A stretch of DNA of 64,000 nucleotides from an uncultured Acidobacteriota bacterium (lineage in GTDB: Bacteria; Acidobacteriota; UBA6911), in the NCBI GenBank assembly GCA_963747985.1, contig CAVVHG010000006.1, forward strand, positions 682,206 through 746,205. Direction: 5' to 3'. The notes under the pieces are model-generated. The model did not search any database. It worked only from the letters and a program-made list of their open reading frames with translations, and was not told where the DNA came from. Below are positions 9,024 through 19,082 of this stretch, piece after piece (the stretch's first letter is position 1; each line of letters starts with the position of its first letter). The translations under genes were made by a program, and so were the position numbers.

Positions 9024-9902
9024 TCAGGCGCGGACACTCGCCTCGGGTATCCGCTTTATGAGGTCAAGCAGCTCGGTGACGTTCTCGGCGCCGATTGTAA
9101 AGCAATCGAGTTCGCTCCGGGTGAGTGCATACTGCAGCGCTTCATCGACCCGGTTTCGCATCTCGCCCTGCCCCAGGATCTTCATCCCGATGATGCCTTT
9201 CCCCTTCGCCTTCATCTCTTTGAGGATGCCGATCACGGTGGCAGGGTCCGCATCCATGTAAGCGCCCACCGGGTTGAGGCGCGCGAGGTCCACCTCCACC
9301 CAGTCCGTCGCAGCGGCAGTCTGAAGCGCCCCGAGTGTATGACAGGAGACCCCGTGGGTGCGGATGATCCCCTTCGCCTTCGCGTCTGTCAGGGCCGCCA
9401 TCGCCCCCTGTTTCTTCTGCGGCCAGTCGGCATCCATCATGCAGTGAAGGAGTACGATATCAAGGTAATCGGTGTTGAGTTCCTTGCGGAACCGGTCGAT
9501 GTCCGCCTTCATCTGCATCTCGGTATCGGCCCACGACTTGGTCATAATGACGACCTTCTCGCGCTTGACGGCGGCCAGGGCCTCACGGACGTGCGGGTGG
9601 CTGCCGTAACTGTCCGCGCAATCCCAGAAGGTCAGCCCCTGGTCGACGCCGGTCCTCAGGAGTTCGGCTACGCCCTTGATGCCGAGTTTGCGTGTCTGGT
9701 TGGAGCTCTTGGAATATCCGCGGGTTCCGGTTCCCTGTGCAAGCCTGGAAACCCTGATCCCGGTGTTGCCCAGGGTCACGATGTCCTGGGGGTATTTCTT
9801 CTTCTCTGCGGCGAGAAGGCTCGGTGGCAGACGGTCCGACTGGACCGCCGCAACGGTTCCGGCCATCATGCCATACTTCAGGAAGTCGCGTCGTTTCATC
9901 AT
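9024..9902 (-). CDS. Aldo/keto reductase with a twin-arginine (Tat) signal peptide.
   Basis: MMKRRDFLKYGMMAGTVAAVQS is a Tat motif (RRDFLK). The AKR body follows: ...LGNTGIRVSRLAQGT...GLTFWDCADSYGSHPHVREAL. Confidence 0.8.
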   Translation of the reverse strand: MMKRRDFLKYGMMAGTVAAVQSDRLPPSLLAAEKKKYPQDIVTLGNTGIRVSRLAQGTGTRGYSKSSNQTRKLGIKGVAELLRTGVDQGLTFWDCADSYGSHPHVREALAAVKREKVVIMTKSWADTEMQMKADIDRFRKELNTDYLDIVLLHCMMDADWPQKKQGAMAALTDAKAKGIIRTHGVSCHTLGALQTAAATDWVEVDLARLNPVGAYMDADPATVIGILKEMKAKGKGIIGMKILGQGEMRNRVDEALQYALTRSELDCFTIGAENVTELLDLIKRIPEASVRA

Positions 9903-9976
9903 GCTGTTCGGTCTCCGGGAGAGAAAATGGTTCCTTTCGGGATATCCATATTCTAGCATCAGGGGAGCCGAGGTTT

Positions 9977-10831
9977 ATGGAGCGACTTAAGGCGAGACTC
10001 TACACCATCTGGTGCTGGACGGGTTGCGGGCTCAGTACGGCGTTCTGGGCGACCGTGTCGATTTTTGCCAGCCTCTTCTCGGGCTCGGGCCGTTTGCAGC
10101 ACTACTGTATGCGCCGCTGGTCAAAGGACAACCTCTGGCTGAGCCGCGCGCGCGTGGAAATCGAGGGCCTGGACAACATCGATACCGGAAAACCGCAGAT
10201 ATTCGCCGCGAATCACAGCGGTCTCCACGACATACTGTCCCTCTCGGCCCATCTCCCGGTCCAGTTCCGCTGGGTGGCCAAGAAATCGCTGTTCAACGTG
10301 CCGTTCATGGGCTGGCACATGCGACGGTCCGGTTACATTCCGATCGACAGGGAGAATCCGCGCGAGGCCGCGCGCAGTATCATGGAAGCCGCCCGGATAA
10401 TCCGCGGCGGCGTGAATGCCATCGCATTCCCGGAAGGGACCAGGAGCCGTACCGGCGACATCGGGCAGTTCCGCAGCGGCGCGTTCGCACTGGCACTGCG
10501 CGCCGGGGTGCCGCTTGTCCCCATCACGCTCGAGGGCAGCTACCGCGTCATCATGCCCAAGACGCTCCAGGTGAATCCCGGGACCATCATCCGCATCAAG
10601 ATCGACAAGCCGATCGACCTCTCATCGTACGACAAGACCGACCGGCACCGGCTGATGGAGGATCTGTTTGGGCTCATGAGCCGGAACCTGGATGGACTTC
10701 GAGCCAGGCGCAGGGCGGACGAGGAACGCGCTGATCCCGTGTTCCGATGGATCTACGGCCGGAGCGGCCGGCCGGATTACGACAGTCTGCGAACAAGAGC
10801 GGGCGACACGGCCGGGACAGCGAAGCCCTGA
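9977..10831 (+). CDS. plsC: 1-acyl-sn-glycerol-3-phosphate acyltransferase (PlsC/LPLAT family).
   Basis: Both acyltransferase motifs are present: FAANHSGLHD (HX4D) and AFPEGTRS. There is an N-terminal hydrophobic anchor. The start was taken at ATG 9977 (MERLKARLY), in frame with track ORF 9824..10831. Confidence 0.85.
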   Translation: MERLKARLYTIWCWTGCGLSTAFWATVSIFASLFSGSGRLQHYCMRRWSKDNLWLSRARVEIEGLDNIDTGKPQIFAANHSGLHDILSLSAHLPVQFRWVAKKSLFNVPFMGWHMRRSGYIPIDRENPREAARSIMEAARIIRGGVNAIAFPEGTRSRTGDIGQFRSGAFALALRAGVPLVPITLEGSYRVIMPKTLQVNPGTIIRIKIDKPIDLSSYDKTDRHRLMEDLFGLMSRNLDGLRARRRADEERADPVFRWIYGRSGRPDYDSLRTRAGDTAGTAKP

Positions 10832-10843
10832 CCGACACCTTGT

Positions 10844-11974
10844 TCAGTCCCCGGCCTCGGGCCGCCGGTAGCCCACGCGGGAGCGCAGCCACCCCTTCCT
10901 CATGAAGAAGATCCGCATGCCTAGCGCCACGGCAGCCATGAGTCCGAGAGCGAGAGGGTAGCCCAGGTACCAGTTCAGCTCCGGCATGTTCAAAGGCGAC
11001 TTGGCGGTGTTGAAATTCATCCCGTAGATACCCGCAATCAGGCTGAGCGGTATGAAGAACGCCGTGAACATTGTCAGGATCTTCATGATCTCGTTCATCC
11101 GGTTGCTCACGCTCGACAGATAGACTTCCATCAATCCGGAAGCGACGTCACGATAGTTCTCGAGCAGGTCAATGATCTGGATCGTGTGATCGTAGCAATC
11201 GCGGAAGTAGACGCGGGTTTCGTCGGAGATGAACGGTGACGGTTCGCGCACGAGTGAATTGACGGTCTCGCGCAGCGGCCAGATCGCCCGCCGCAGCGTC
11301 AGCAGGTCGCGCTTGACTTCATGCATTCGAGAGACCAGTTGTGGCTCCGGGCGGGACAAGACATCCTCCTCAATAGACTCCAGCCGCTCACCGTACTTCT
11401 CAAGCGCCGGGAAGTAGTTGTCTATGAAGGCGTCGATCAAGGTATACGCCAGGTAGTCAGGGGCTGCGTTGCGCACCCGGCCTCCCGATTTGCGTATCCG
11501 CTCACGCACCGGGTCGAATGCATCCCCGACCCGCTCCTGAAAGGTAAGCACGTAGTTCTTACCGAGGAAGAGGCTCAGCTGCTCCGTTTCCACGCGATCA
11601 GCCATCTCGACCATCCGGCCGACGACAAAAAGATGGTTCCCATACTGCTCCACCTTGGCTCGCTGATGCGAGTTGACTACGTCCTCGAGGGCCAGCCTGT
11701 GGATGCTGAACATGTCGCCCAACTTGCGGATGACTGTGGCGTCTCCGAGCCCGTCCACGTTCACCCAGGTGACCGGGTATCTTCCGAGGTAGTTGTCGAT
11801 GCGGGAAACGTCATCGATCAATTCCTCATGGACGGCTTCCGGACCGTAGGCAATCACGCGAGTGACCGGCGGCGGCGCCTGTGGATCGACTACGAGGGAA
11901 CCGGGAGGCGCGCCGGGCGATGTGCGCCGCTCGATCCCACTTATGCCTCTTCGACGTCTGGATTTTCGCGACAT
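10844..11974 (-). CDS. corA: CorA-family Mg2+/Co2+ transporter.
   Basis: A C-terminal double-TM region carries the YGMNF (GMN) signature: ...TAFFIPLSLIAGIYGMNFNTAKSP...LGYPLALGLMAAVALGMRIFF. The 376-aa length is typical. Confidence 0.85.
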   Translation of the reverse strand: MSRKSRRRRGISGIERRTSPGAPPGSLVVDPQAPPPVTRVIAYGPEAVHEELIDDVSRIDNYLGRYPVTWVNVDGLGDATVIRKLGDMFSIHRLALEDVVNSHQRAKVEQYGNHLFVVGRMVEMADRVETEQLSLFLGKNYVLTFQERVGDAFDPVRERIRKSGGRVRNAAPDYLAYTLIDAFIDNYFPALEKYGERLESIEEDVLSRPEPQLVSRMHEVKRDLLTLRRAIWPLRETVNSLVREPSPFISDETRVYFRDCYDHTIQIIDLLENYRDVASGLMEVYLSSVSNRMNEIMKILTMFTAFFIPLSLIAGIYGMNFNTAKSPLNMPELNWYLGYPLALGLMAAVALGMRIFFMRKGWLRSRVGYRRPEAGD

Positions 11975-12028
11975 GGATGCAGTCCTCCAGCGGTGACAAC
12001 CCGTCTGTCCCGATGACCCTCCGTAGCC

Positions 12029-13714
12029 TCAGACAGGGCCAACTCGAGGCCACGCCAGCTCGAATCCCTGCGCCTGCAGTTTCGTCTGGAACTCGCCCAG
12101 CAGCTTCTTATCGCTGCGGATCTTCCGAGGCGGGATCCGTGTGGAAACCGAGTGTGCTGTGATCATGCCGGCGGCTTCGCCGATGTTCCACTCCACCGGG
12201 TGGAGACGGAAGCACCCGTTTGTTATATGAGTCACGCCTATGTTCTTGCAGGCCGGCAGGAGATTCTCTACCCGCTTCGGTATGAGCGCACCCAAGGGAA
12301 TCTGGAAAGGCAGTGAGCTTACATCGATGTAGTTGTCCCCGCCCGAACTGGGATGCAGATCGATGCGATAGCTCCCCACGCCGACCGAATCCGGAAAGGG
12401 CTCAGCGGTGAGATCCTGCTCCTTCCTGCCGGTAAGTTGCTTGCGGGCATCGGTGCCGATGTGCTGTTCCAGCACGGTAAACTCGGCCAGGATCCGGCGT
12501 GACTCGCGGATGTAGGGATGCTTCGCTAGACCGTCCTCCGTACCGACCATGTCCGGACGGAGGCGCAGGCCGGGCCAACCCTGTTTGCCGTCGCCGCGCG
12601 GCGCTTCCGTCTGAAGCCAGTAGAGGAGCGACAGGCTCAGCTGCTTTGCGCGCCTGGTGTGTCGCTGTGCCTCCTCCGGCGCGACCTCGTGGAGGTTGCC
12701 GAGGAAGTAATCGTTCTGCGGCCAATTGACAAGAGTGATGTCGCCCCGGTACTGCCCGTCGACAAAATTCTTCTTCCTCGCGATTCGGCGATAGGTCCAG
12801 AGTCCGCCATCCGTGCCTTTCCCGTCGCACTCGGGATCGAAGGCGTGCCGGCGCACCTTGAGCGTAATCGGATCCACATCCGTCCAGCTCAGGAGCCGAC
12901 CTCCCCACGCTGGCCTCAGCTGGGGCACGAAGTCGCGCCAGGACTCGTATTCCTCCGGTTTCTCGATCGTGTGGTCCTCTCCGGCGATGTGGTCCATTGC
13001 GAAACAGCAGGTGAAAGCCTGTATATTAGCCGGCCGGGCTTGCTCAGGGGCGTGGAGCTCGCCTGTCTGCCCCCTGGACTCAGAACCGGTGACATACTCC
13101 GTGCGAGTCAGGGGCAGAAGGTCACCCTGCTCAGTGGCGTCCAGAAAGTAGGCAGCCCGCAATACTTTCTCCCTGCCGCTGTCGAGGCTGCGGACAGTCA
13201 CAGCCCGCACGTAGTCCGAGTCTACGTCCGCCGCTATCGGTCTGTGCCGCAGCAGGACCGTAAGCATTCCGGTCGCCACGTGCGGAGCGACCATCGCTTC
13301 GAGGACCGCGAGGGAGACTCGCGGTTCGTGGGTAATCAGCGATACCCAACTGTCGCCGGGATTGAGCGCTGGGCTTTCGCGCGCCTCCGTCGTCAGCGGG
13401 TAATTACGGCGGTAATATTCGCGCACAGCGTTCCGATATTGCCGGTAGGCGCGCGTGCACCCGAAGGATTCGATCCAACGGTTCTCGTCGGGGGGAACCG
13501 CCTGCGAAGTGAGCTGGCCTCCGATCCAGTCGGTCTCCTCGGTGAGGATCACGTTCATCCCGTTTCTTGCCGCGGCCAGGGCAGCCGCAACTCCGCCCGT
13601 GCCGCCACCGATCACCGCGACATCGAACTTGAGCTCTGAGGCTGCCGCGATCCAGCGCGGCAGCAGAGCCGCCGAACTCAGTTGAACGAGGAAACTCCTG
13701 CGGTTGCTGGCCAT
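12029..13714 (-). CDS. FAD-dependent oxidoreductase (FAD_oxidored/PF12831-like) with a probable Tat/Sec signal.
   Basis: The dinucleotide-binding motif reads DVAVIGGGTGGVAAALAAARNGMNVILTEETDWIGGQ. The start was taken at MASNRRSFLVQLSSAALLP (aa 45 of the track ORF), which looks like an RR signal. Confidence 0.7.
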   Translation of the reverse strand: MASNRRSFLVQLSSAALLPRWIAAASELKFDVAVIGGGTGGVAAALAAARNGMNVILTEETDWIGGQLTSQAVPPDENRWIESFGCTRAYRQYRNAVREYYRRNYPLTTEARESPALNPGDSWVSLITHEPRVSLAVLEAMVAPHVATGMLTVLLRHRPIAADVDSDYVRAVTVRSLDSGREKVLRAAYFLDATEQGDLLPLTRTEYVTGSESRGQTGELHAPEQARPANIQAFTCCFAMDHIAGEDHTIEKPEEYESWRDFVPQLRPAWGGRLLSWTDVDPITLKVRRHAFDPECDGKGTDGGLWTYRRIARKKNFVDGQYRGDITLVNWPQNDYFLGNLHEVAPEEAQRHTRRAKQLSLSLLYWLQTEAPRGDGKQGWPGLRLRPDMVGTEDGLAKHPYIRESRRILAEFTVLEQHIGTDARKQLTGRKEQDLTAEPFPDSVGVGSYRIDLHPSSGGDNYIDVSSLPFQIPLGALIPKRVENLLPACKNIGVTHITNGCFRLHPVEWNIGEAAGMITAHSVSTRIPPRKIRSDKKLLGEFQTKLQAQGFELAWPRVGPV

Positions 13715-13786
13715 TTTTCGACTCCCGCGATTGAGATGCTTGAGCATAGCAGCATCCACCCGATCCCGTCGATCGTTTGTCTCCTC

Positions 13787-13887
13787 TTGCCTTCCGGAGG
13801 ACGCGGCAGGCGGGGGTGAGCGCGCTTCGCCGAAGCGGACCGACACACTGTCCTTTTTGCCTTCCGGTGGTCGCGGCAGGTGGGATA
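13787..13887. promoter_or_regulatory. Two roughly 30-nt direct repeats about 70 nt apart in the divergent promoter region between the FAD-oxidoreductase gene (-) and the sugar-uptake/rbsK operon (+).
   Basis: The repeats are cttgccttccggaggacgcggcaggcggggg (13787-13817) and tttgccttccggtggtcgcggcaggtgggat (13857-13887), identical at about 25 of 31 positions. Confidence 0.5.
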
Positions 13888-13920
13888 TGGTAGGCGGGCA
13901 CTCTCAAAGGGAGGTGCGTC

Positions 13921-14925
13921 ATGGTCATCGTCGAATCCTACCCGCTCGCAGTCATTTTTTGCCTCGTCACGATGCTCTGCTGGGGATCGTGGGCCAATAC
14001 GCAGAAGTTGGCCGGCAGGAAATGGGCATTCCAGCTCTATTACTGGGATTACGCGCTCGGAGTGTTACTCCTGGCGTTGATGCTCGCTTTCACGCTGGGA
14101 AGTGTCGGCGGTGCCGGGAGGCCTTTTCTTGCGGACGTGGCACAGGCGTCCGGCGCATCGCTCTGGTCGGCGTTTCTGGGCGGCGTCATCTTCAACCTCT
14201 CGAATATCCTGCTGGTTGCAGCGATCGATATTGCCGGGATGGCGGTCGCCTTCCCGATCGGCGTGGGGCTCGCGCTCGTCCTCGGCGTGATCGCCAACTA
14301 CATGGCGATACCGGTGGGCAACCCCGTCCTTTTGTTCCTTGGCGTCGCGAGTGTGGTACTCGCGATCCTGGTGGATGCCTTTGCCTACCAGCGGCTGCCG
14401 TCCCAGGGGCAGAAGACGACAGGGAAGGGAATTACCATATCGGTAGTGGCAGGTGTGCTGATGGGCTTCTTCTACCGGTTTGTCGCTGCTTCAATGTCTT
14501 CGGACTTCGCTCATCCGGAAGTCGGCAAGATGGGGCCCTACGCTGCGGTCGTCGTTTTCTCAGCAGGCCTCTTCCTCTCCAACTTTCTCTGGAACAGCGT
14601 CGTCATGGCCCGGCCCTTCGCAGGGGAGCCGGTGCCGTTTTCTTCCTACCTGCGAGATGGAAACGCGCGGCTTCACCTCGTCGGGATCCTGGGCGGGATC
14701 ATCTGGAGCGTCGGCATGTCGTTGAGCATCCTGGCCTCGGGTGTGGCCGGATTCGCCATCTCGTACGGGCTTGGTCAGGGAGCGACGATGGTAGCCGCCC
14801 TTTGGGGCGTCTTCGTCTGGCGGGAATTTGAGCAGGCTCCCGCGGGCACCGGTCGCCTTCTCTCGGTGATGTTTCTGGCCTATGCCGCAGGCCTCGCCCT
14901 GATCATCGTTTCGAGGGTGGTCTAG
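13921..14925 (+). CDS. Sugar uptake permease of the DMT superfamily (GlcU/RbsU 'Sugar_transport' family-like). Probable ribose/pentose uptake protein.
   Basis: About 10 TM helices. The N-terminus ...LCWGSWANTQKLAGRKW resembles the GlcU/RbsU FWGS...SKLGG signature. It lies immediately upstream of ribokinase on the same strand. Confidence 0.5.
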   Translation: MVIVESYPLAVIFCLVTMLCWGSWANTQKLAGRKWAFQLYYWDYALGVLLLALMLAFTLGSVGGAGRPFLADVAQASGASLWSAFLGGVIFNLSNILLVAAIDIAGMAVAFPIGVGLALVLGVIANYMAIPVGNPVLLFLGVASVVLAILVDAFAYQRLPSQGQKTTGKGITISVVAGVLMGFFYRFVAASMSSDFAHPEVGKMGPYAAVVVFSAGLFLSNFLWNSVVMARPFAGEPVPFSSYLRDGNARLHLVGILGGIIWSVGMSLSILASGVAGFAISYGLGQGATMVAALWGVFVWREFEQAPAGTGRLLSVMFLAYAAGLALIIVSRVV

Positions 14926-14973
14926 GATACTGCACTCGACACTCGTCGCTGAGTTCATCTTTCCGAGGAGCAC

Positions 14974-15906
14974 ATGGGCAACAACACGATCGTGGTCGTC
15001 GGCAGTTCGAACACCGACATGATTATCAAGGTTCCCAGGATCCCCAGACCGGGCGAAACCGTACTTGGCGGGCAGTTTTCCATGGCTGCGGGAGGCAAAG
15101 GTGCAAACCAGGCGGTCGCCGCTGCGCGCGCCGGCGGCAAGGTTCTCCTGATCGCAAGAGTCGGAGAGGATCTGTTCGGCGAGGAAACGATCCAGTCCTT
15201 CGAGCGGGACACGATCGACGTCCGCTGCATCACCCGGGATGACCAGGCCCCCTCGGGCATAGCTCTGATATTCGTCGGCGAGGGAGGTGAAAACAGCATC
15301 GCTGTCGCTCCCGGAGCGAACGGCAATCTGACGCCCGCTCATGTCGACAGGTTCAGCCGTCAGATTTCGGAGGCCGGGACACTCTTGATTCAGCTCGAAA
15401 CCCCGCTCGAGACGGTAGTCAGGGCAACCGAGGTCGCGGCCGCCGGCGGGAAGCGAATCATCCTCAACCCGGCTCCTGCCCGCCAGGTGCCGGTCGACTT
15501 GCTGCGAAGAGTCTCCATCCTGACACCGAACGAGACGGAGGCGGAAGTTCTGACCGGCATCCCGATTACGGACAACAAGTCTGCAGCCGTGGCTGCGGAG
15601 CACCTCTTCGACCAGGGTGTCAGCGTCGCAATCATCACACTGGGCGCGCGTGGGGCCCTCGTTGCGACGCGGGAAAAGCGGGAGTGGGTGCCGGGATTCC
15701 ATGTCAAGGCGCTGGATACGACGGCCGCCGGTGACGTATTCAACGGCGCCCTGGCGGTGGCCTTAAATGAGAATGAACCGCTGGCGGATGCCGTGCGCTT
15801 CGCCCACGCGGCGGCAGCCATATCTGTAACCAGGCTTGGCGCGCAACCCTCGATTCCGCACCGCAAAGAGATCGACGAATTCCTCGCCCGCCACAAGACC
15901 GGGTAA
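14974..15906 (+). CDS. rbsK: Ribokinase.
   Basis: The protein reads MGNNTIVVVGSSNTDMIIKVPRIPRPGETVLGGQFSMAAGGKGANQAVAAARAGG and ends ...DTTAAGDVFNGALAVAL, the anion-hole/ATP motif. This is the canonical PfkB ribokinase. Confidence 0.9.
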   Translation: MGNNTIVVVGSSNTDMIIKVPRIPRPGETVLGGQFSMAAGGKGANQAVAAARAGGKVLLIARVGEDLFGEETIQSFERDTIDVRCITRDDQAPSGIALIFVGEGGENSIAVAPGANGNLTPAHVDRFSRQISEAGTLLIQLETPLETVVRATEVAAAGGKRIILNPAPARQVPVDLLRRVSILTPNETEAEVLTGIPITDNKSAAVAAEHLFDQGVSVAIITLGARGALVATREKREWVPGFHVKALDTTAAGDVFNGALAVALNENEPLADAVRFAHAAAAISVTRLGAQPSIPHRKEIDEFLARHKTG

Positions 15907-15937
15907 CCTGCTGGAGGGCGCCTCTCCGTAGTCATGT

Positions 15938-16021
15938 GGTGCCAGGTCTCCGGAATTCGGCTTTCAGCGCATCTGGCGACCGGTGCCTGTGTGCAAAACC
16001 GAATTCCGAAGACCTGGCACC
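15938..16021. repeat. Long near-perfect inverted repeat (23-nt arms, about 38-nt loop) between the rbsK stop and the gcvP start. Member of a small palindromic-element family.
   Basis: The left arm ggtgccaggtctccggaattcgg (15938-15960) pairs with the right arm ccgaattccgaagacctggcacc (15999-16021), with 22 of 23 positions complementary. The arms recur elsewhere in the window. Confidence 0.8.
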
Positions 16022-16117
16022 CAATCTCAAAGGGTGGTAAAAGATTGGGTTACCTGCGTGGCCCTGGCCTCCTGAGCGGCAGGGTCATCCGAACTTGCAC
16101 GGCACTCATCGAATGGA

Positions 16118-19042
16118 TTGATTATGTCCTCAGATATGCCTTCCCCAAGAAAACAAAACGAAGCGACGGGTTCTTTTCCGCCCTCCGACAGTTTCGAGCA
16201 ACGGCACATCGGCCCGGGGCCGCGGGATGTCGCCCACATGCTCGACGTGCTTGGATTCGCGGACTTGGACAGCTTCATCGACAGGGTCGTCCCGCCTGCG
16301 ATCCGGGCGGCCAGGCCGCTCGAAATCGGCGAGGCCCGGAGCGAGCACCAGGCGCTCGCGGATTTCCGGGCCATTGCCTCGCAGAACGAGGTCTACCGCT
16401 CGTTCATCGGAATGGGTTATTACGACTGCGTGACGCCAGCAGTGATCCAGCGGAATATCCTGGAAAATCCCGGGTGGTACACGCAATACACGCCCTACCA
16501 GCCGGAGATCTCGCAGGGACGCCTGGAAGCGCTGCTGAACTTTCAGACCATGATCGCGGATCTGACGGGGCTCGAGGTTGCGAACGCCTCGCTCCTGGAC
16601 GAAGGTACGGCCGCTGCCGAGGCGATGAACATGAGCCGGAGCGTCGCACGCGCCGAGTCTGACGCCTTCTTCGTGTCTGCGGGATGTTTCCCCCAGACGA
16701 TCGAGGTAGTGAAGACCCGTGCCTGGGCGCAGGGGATTCGAGTGATTTGCGGCGATCACCGGGAATTCGATTTCTCGACGCCCGTTTTCGGCGCTCTCGT
16801 GCAATACCCGGCAATTGACGGCGAGATTCATGACTATGCGGATTTTGTCGGCCGTGCCCACTCGGCCGGTGCGATCGTCACGGTAGCCGCCGACCTGCTG
16901 GGCCTTACGCTCCTCAAGCCGCCCGGCGAATTCCGCGCGGACATAGCGGTCGGAAGCACGCAGCGTTTCGGAATACCGCTCGGGTACGGTGGACCGCACG
17001 CGGGTTACTTTGCGACCCGCGACGAATTCAAGCGCCAGATGCCGGGCCGGATCGTGGGCGTGTCAAGAGACTCCGCCGGCCGCCCGGCGTACCGCCTCGC
17101 CCTGCAGACCCGAGAACAGCACATCCGCAGGGACAAAGCGACGAGCAACATCTGCACGGCGCAGGTCCTTCTTGCGATCATGGCCGGGATGTACGCGGTG
17201 CACCACGGCCCGGATGGACTGCGGCGAATAGCAGAGCGCATTCGGGCACTTGCGGCCGCTTTGGCAGCAGGCCTGCGGCGACTGGGACACAGGGTCGGCC
17301 CCGAGCCGTTCTTTGACACCCTCCGCGTCGAAGTGGAACCTGCTCGCATCACCGCAATTCTGCAAGCTGCGGACACCCGGCGAATCAACCTGCGAAATGT
17401 GGGCGGTGGCGCGCTGGGCGTCAGCCTCGATGAGACGACCGGCGAAGGCGACGTAAGGGATCTTCTCGAAGTCTTCGCTGCCGGAGTCGTGGCGCCTGCA
17501 TCGGCCGCTGCCGCCGGGGAAACGATCCACGAGCGCTCGCCGTCGCTCGGGACGCTGGCGCGAACCGGCAAGTACCTGACCAGCCCGGTCTTCCATCGCT
17601 ATCGCTCGGAAACCGAGCTCATGCGGTATATCACGCGACTGCAGAGCCGGGATCTGTCGCTTACCACGTCCATGATTCCTCTCGGGTCGTGCACGATGAA
17701 ACTGAACGCGGCCGCGGAGATGCTCCCGGTCAGCTGGCCCCCGATTGCCGGGCTCCACCCCTTCGCGCCGGTCGAGCAGGCAACCGGCTACCAGGTCCTG
17801 TTCAGTCAGTTGGAGCAATGGCTGACCGAAATCACCGGGTTTGCCGCCATATCGTTTCAGCCGAATGCCGGCTCGCAGGGCGAATTCACCGGACTGCTCG
17901 TGATCCGCAGGTATCACCAGGAACGCGGCGAGGCGCGCCGGAACATATGCCTGATACCGCATTCAGCCCATGGTACGAACCCTGCCAGTGCGGTCATGGC
18001 CGGCTTCAAGGTCGATGTGGTTGCCTGCGATGCCAGCGGCAACATCGACGTTGCAGACCTGCGCGCCAAGGCTCAGGAGCACGCCCGCGACCTCGCAGCG
18101 CTGATGGTGACCTATCCGTCCACCCACGGCGTCTTTGAAGAGGCGATCCGCGAGATCAGCGAAATCGTGCATTCCTGCGGCGGCCAGGTGTACATGGACG
18201 GGGCCAACCTGAATGCGCTCGTCGGGCTCGCGCGCCCCGCCGAGATCGGCGCGGACGTCTGCCACCTGAATCTCCACAAGACTTTCTCCATTCCGCACGG
18301 AGGAGGAGGGCCCGGCATGGGGCCTATCGGCGTGGCAGCCCATCTGGTGCCCTTCCTCCCCGGACACCCGGCAGTCCGCACCGGAGGGGTCAAGAGTGTC
18401 GGTACAGTCTCGTCGGCGCCATGGGGGAGCGCCAGCATACTGCCGATTTCCTGGATCTACATCGCGATGATGGGATCAGTGGGATTGACGAACGCCACCA
18501 GGATCGCGATCCTGAACGCGAACTACATAGCAAAGAGGCTGGATCCCTACTATCCCGTCGTCTATCGGGGCGCGCGCGGACTGGTAGCCCACGAGTGCAT
18601 TGTCGATCTTCGTTCACTGAAAAAGAGCGCGGGTATTGAGGTCGAGGATGTGGCAAAGCGCCTGATGGACTATGGATTCCATGCGCCCACAGTCTCTTTC
18701 CCGGTCGCCGGCACAATGATGATCGAGCCTACAGAAAGCGAGTCCAGGGCGGAACTGGACAGGTTCTGCGAAGCCATGATCCTGATCCGGCATGAAATCG
18801 CCGAAATTGAATCGGGGCGTGCGGACGCGAAAGACAACCTGCTCAAGAACGCCCCGCACACCGCAGAGGCTCTGGTTGCAGCGGAATGGGCACATCGGTA
18901 CCCGCGGGAACAGGCGGGCTTCCCGGCACCCTGGACGCGCGAGCACAAGTTCTGGCCGCCGGTAGGAAGGATCGATAACGTGTACGGCGACCGGCATCTT
19001 GTTTGCACATGCCCGCCGGTCGAGGCTTACAAGGAATCGTGA
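16118..19042 (+). CDS. gcvP: Glycine dehydrogenase (decarboxylating), single-chain P-protein of the glycine cleavage system.
   Basis: A 974-aa product with the full GcvP architecture: ...[19 protein letters not shown]..., and the PLP lysine region ...[22 protein letters not shown]. The true start may lie a few codons downstream (MSSDM/MPSPRK). Confidence 0.95.
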   Translation: MIMSSDMPSPRKQNEATGSFPPSDSFEQRHIGPGPRDVAHMLDVLGFADLDSFIDRVVPPAIRAARPLEIGEARSEHQALADFRAIASQNEVYRSFIGMGYYDCVTPAVIQRNILENPGWYTQYTPYQPEISQGRLEALLNFQTMIADLTGLEVANASLLDEGTAAAEAMNMSRSVARAESDAFFVSAGCFPQTIEVVKTRAWAQGIRVICGDHREFDFSTPVFGALVQYPAIDGEIHDYADFVGRAHSAGAIVTVAADLLGLTLLKPPGEFRADIAVGSTQRFGIPLGYGGPHAGYFATRDEFKRQMPGRIVGVSRDSAGRPAYRLALQTREQHIRRDKATSNICTAQVLLAIMAGMYAVHHGPDGLRRIAERIRALAAALAAGLRRLGHRVGPEPFFDTLRVEVEPARITAILQAADTRRINLRNVGGGALGVSLDETTGEGDVRDLLEVFAAGVVAPASAAAAGETIHERSPSLGTLARTGKYLTSPVFHRYRSETELMRYITRLQSRDLSLTTSMIPLGSCTMKLNAAAEMLPVSWPPIAGLHPFAPVEQATGYQVLFSQLEQWLTEITGFAAISFQPNAGSQGEFTGLLVIRRYHQERGEARRNICLIPHSAHGTNPASAVMAGFKVDVVACDASGNIDVADLRAKAQEHARDLAALMVTYPSTHGVFEEAIREISEIVHSCGGQVYMDGANLNALVGLARPAEIGADVCHLNLHKTFSIPHGGGGPGMGPIGVAAHLVPFLPGHPAVRTGGVKSVGTVSSAPWGSASILPISWIYIAMMGSVGLTNATRIAILNANYIAKRLDPYYPVVYRGARGLVAHECIVDLRSLKKSAGIEVEDVAKRLMDYGFHAPTVSFPVAGTMMIEPTESESRAELDRFCEAMILIRHEIAEIESGRADAKDNLLKNAPHTAEALVAAEWAHRYPREQAGFPAPWTREHKFWPPVGRIDNVYGDRHLVCTCPPVEAYKES

Positions 19043-19082
19043 TTCCCTGTGGCTGGGGCGGCAGAACACAGCGCCCGCCTCG

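Noticed and set aside
15934-16662. A 242-aa ORF (and a similar one at 20845..21060) whose translation contains the shared peptide RIPKTWHP.
   Set aside because: The shared peptide is simply the translation of the repeated palindromic DNA element. The ORFs overlap gcvP and intergenic DNA and have no coding features.
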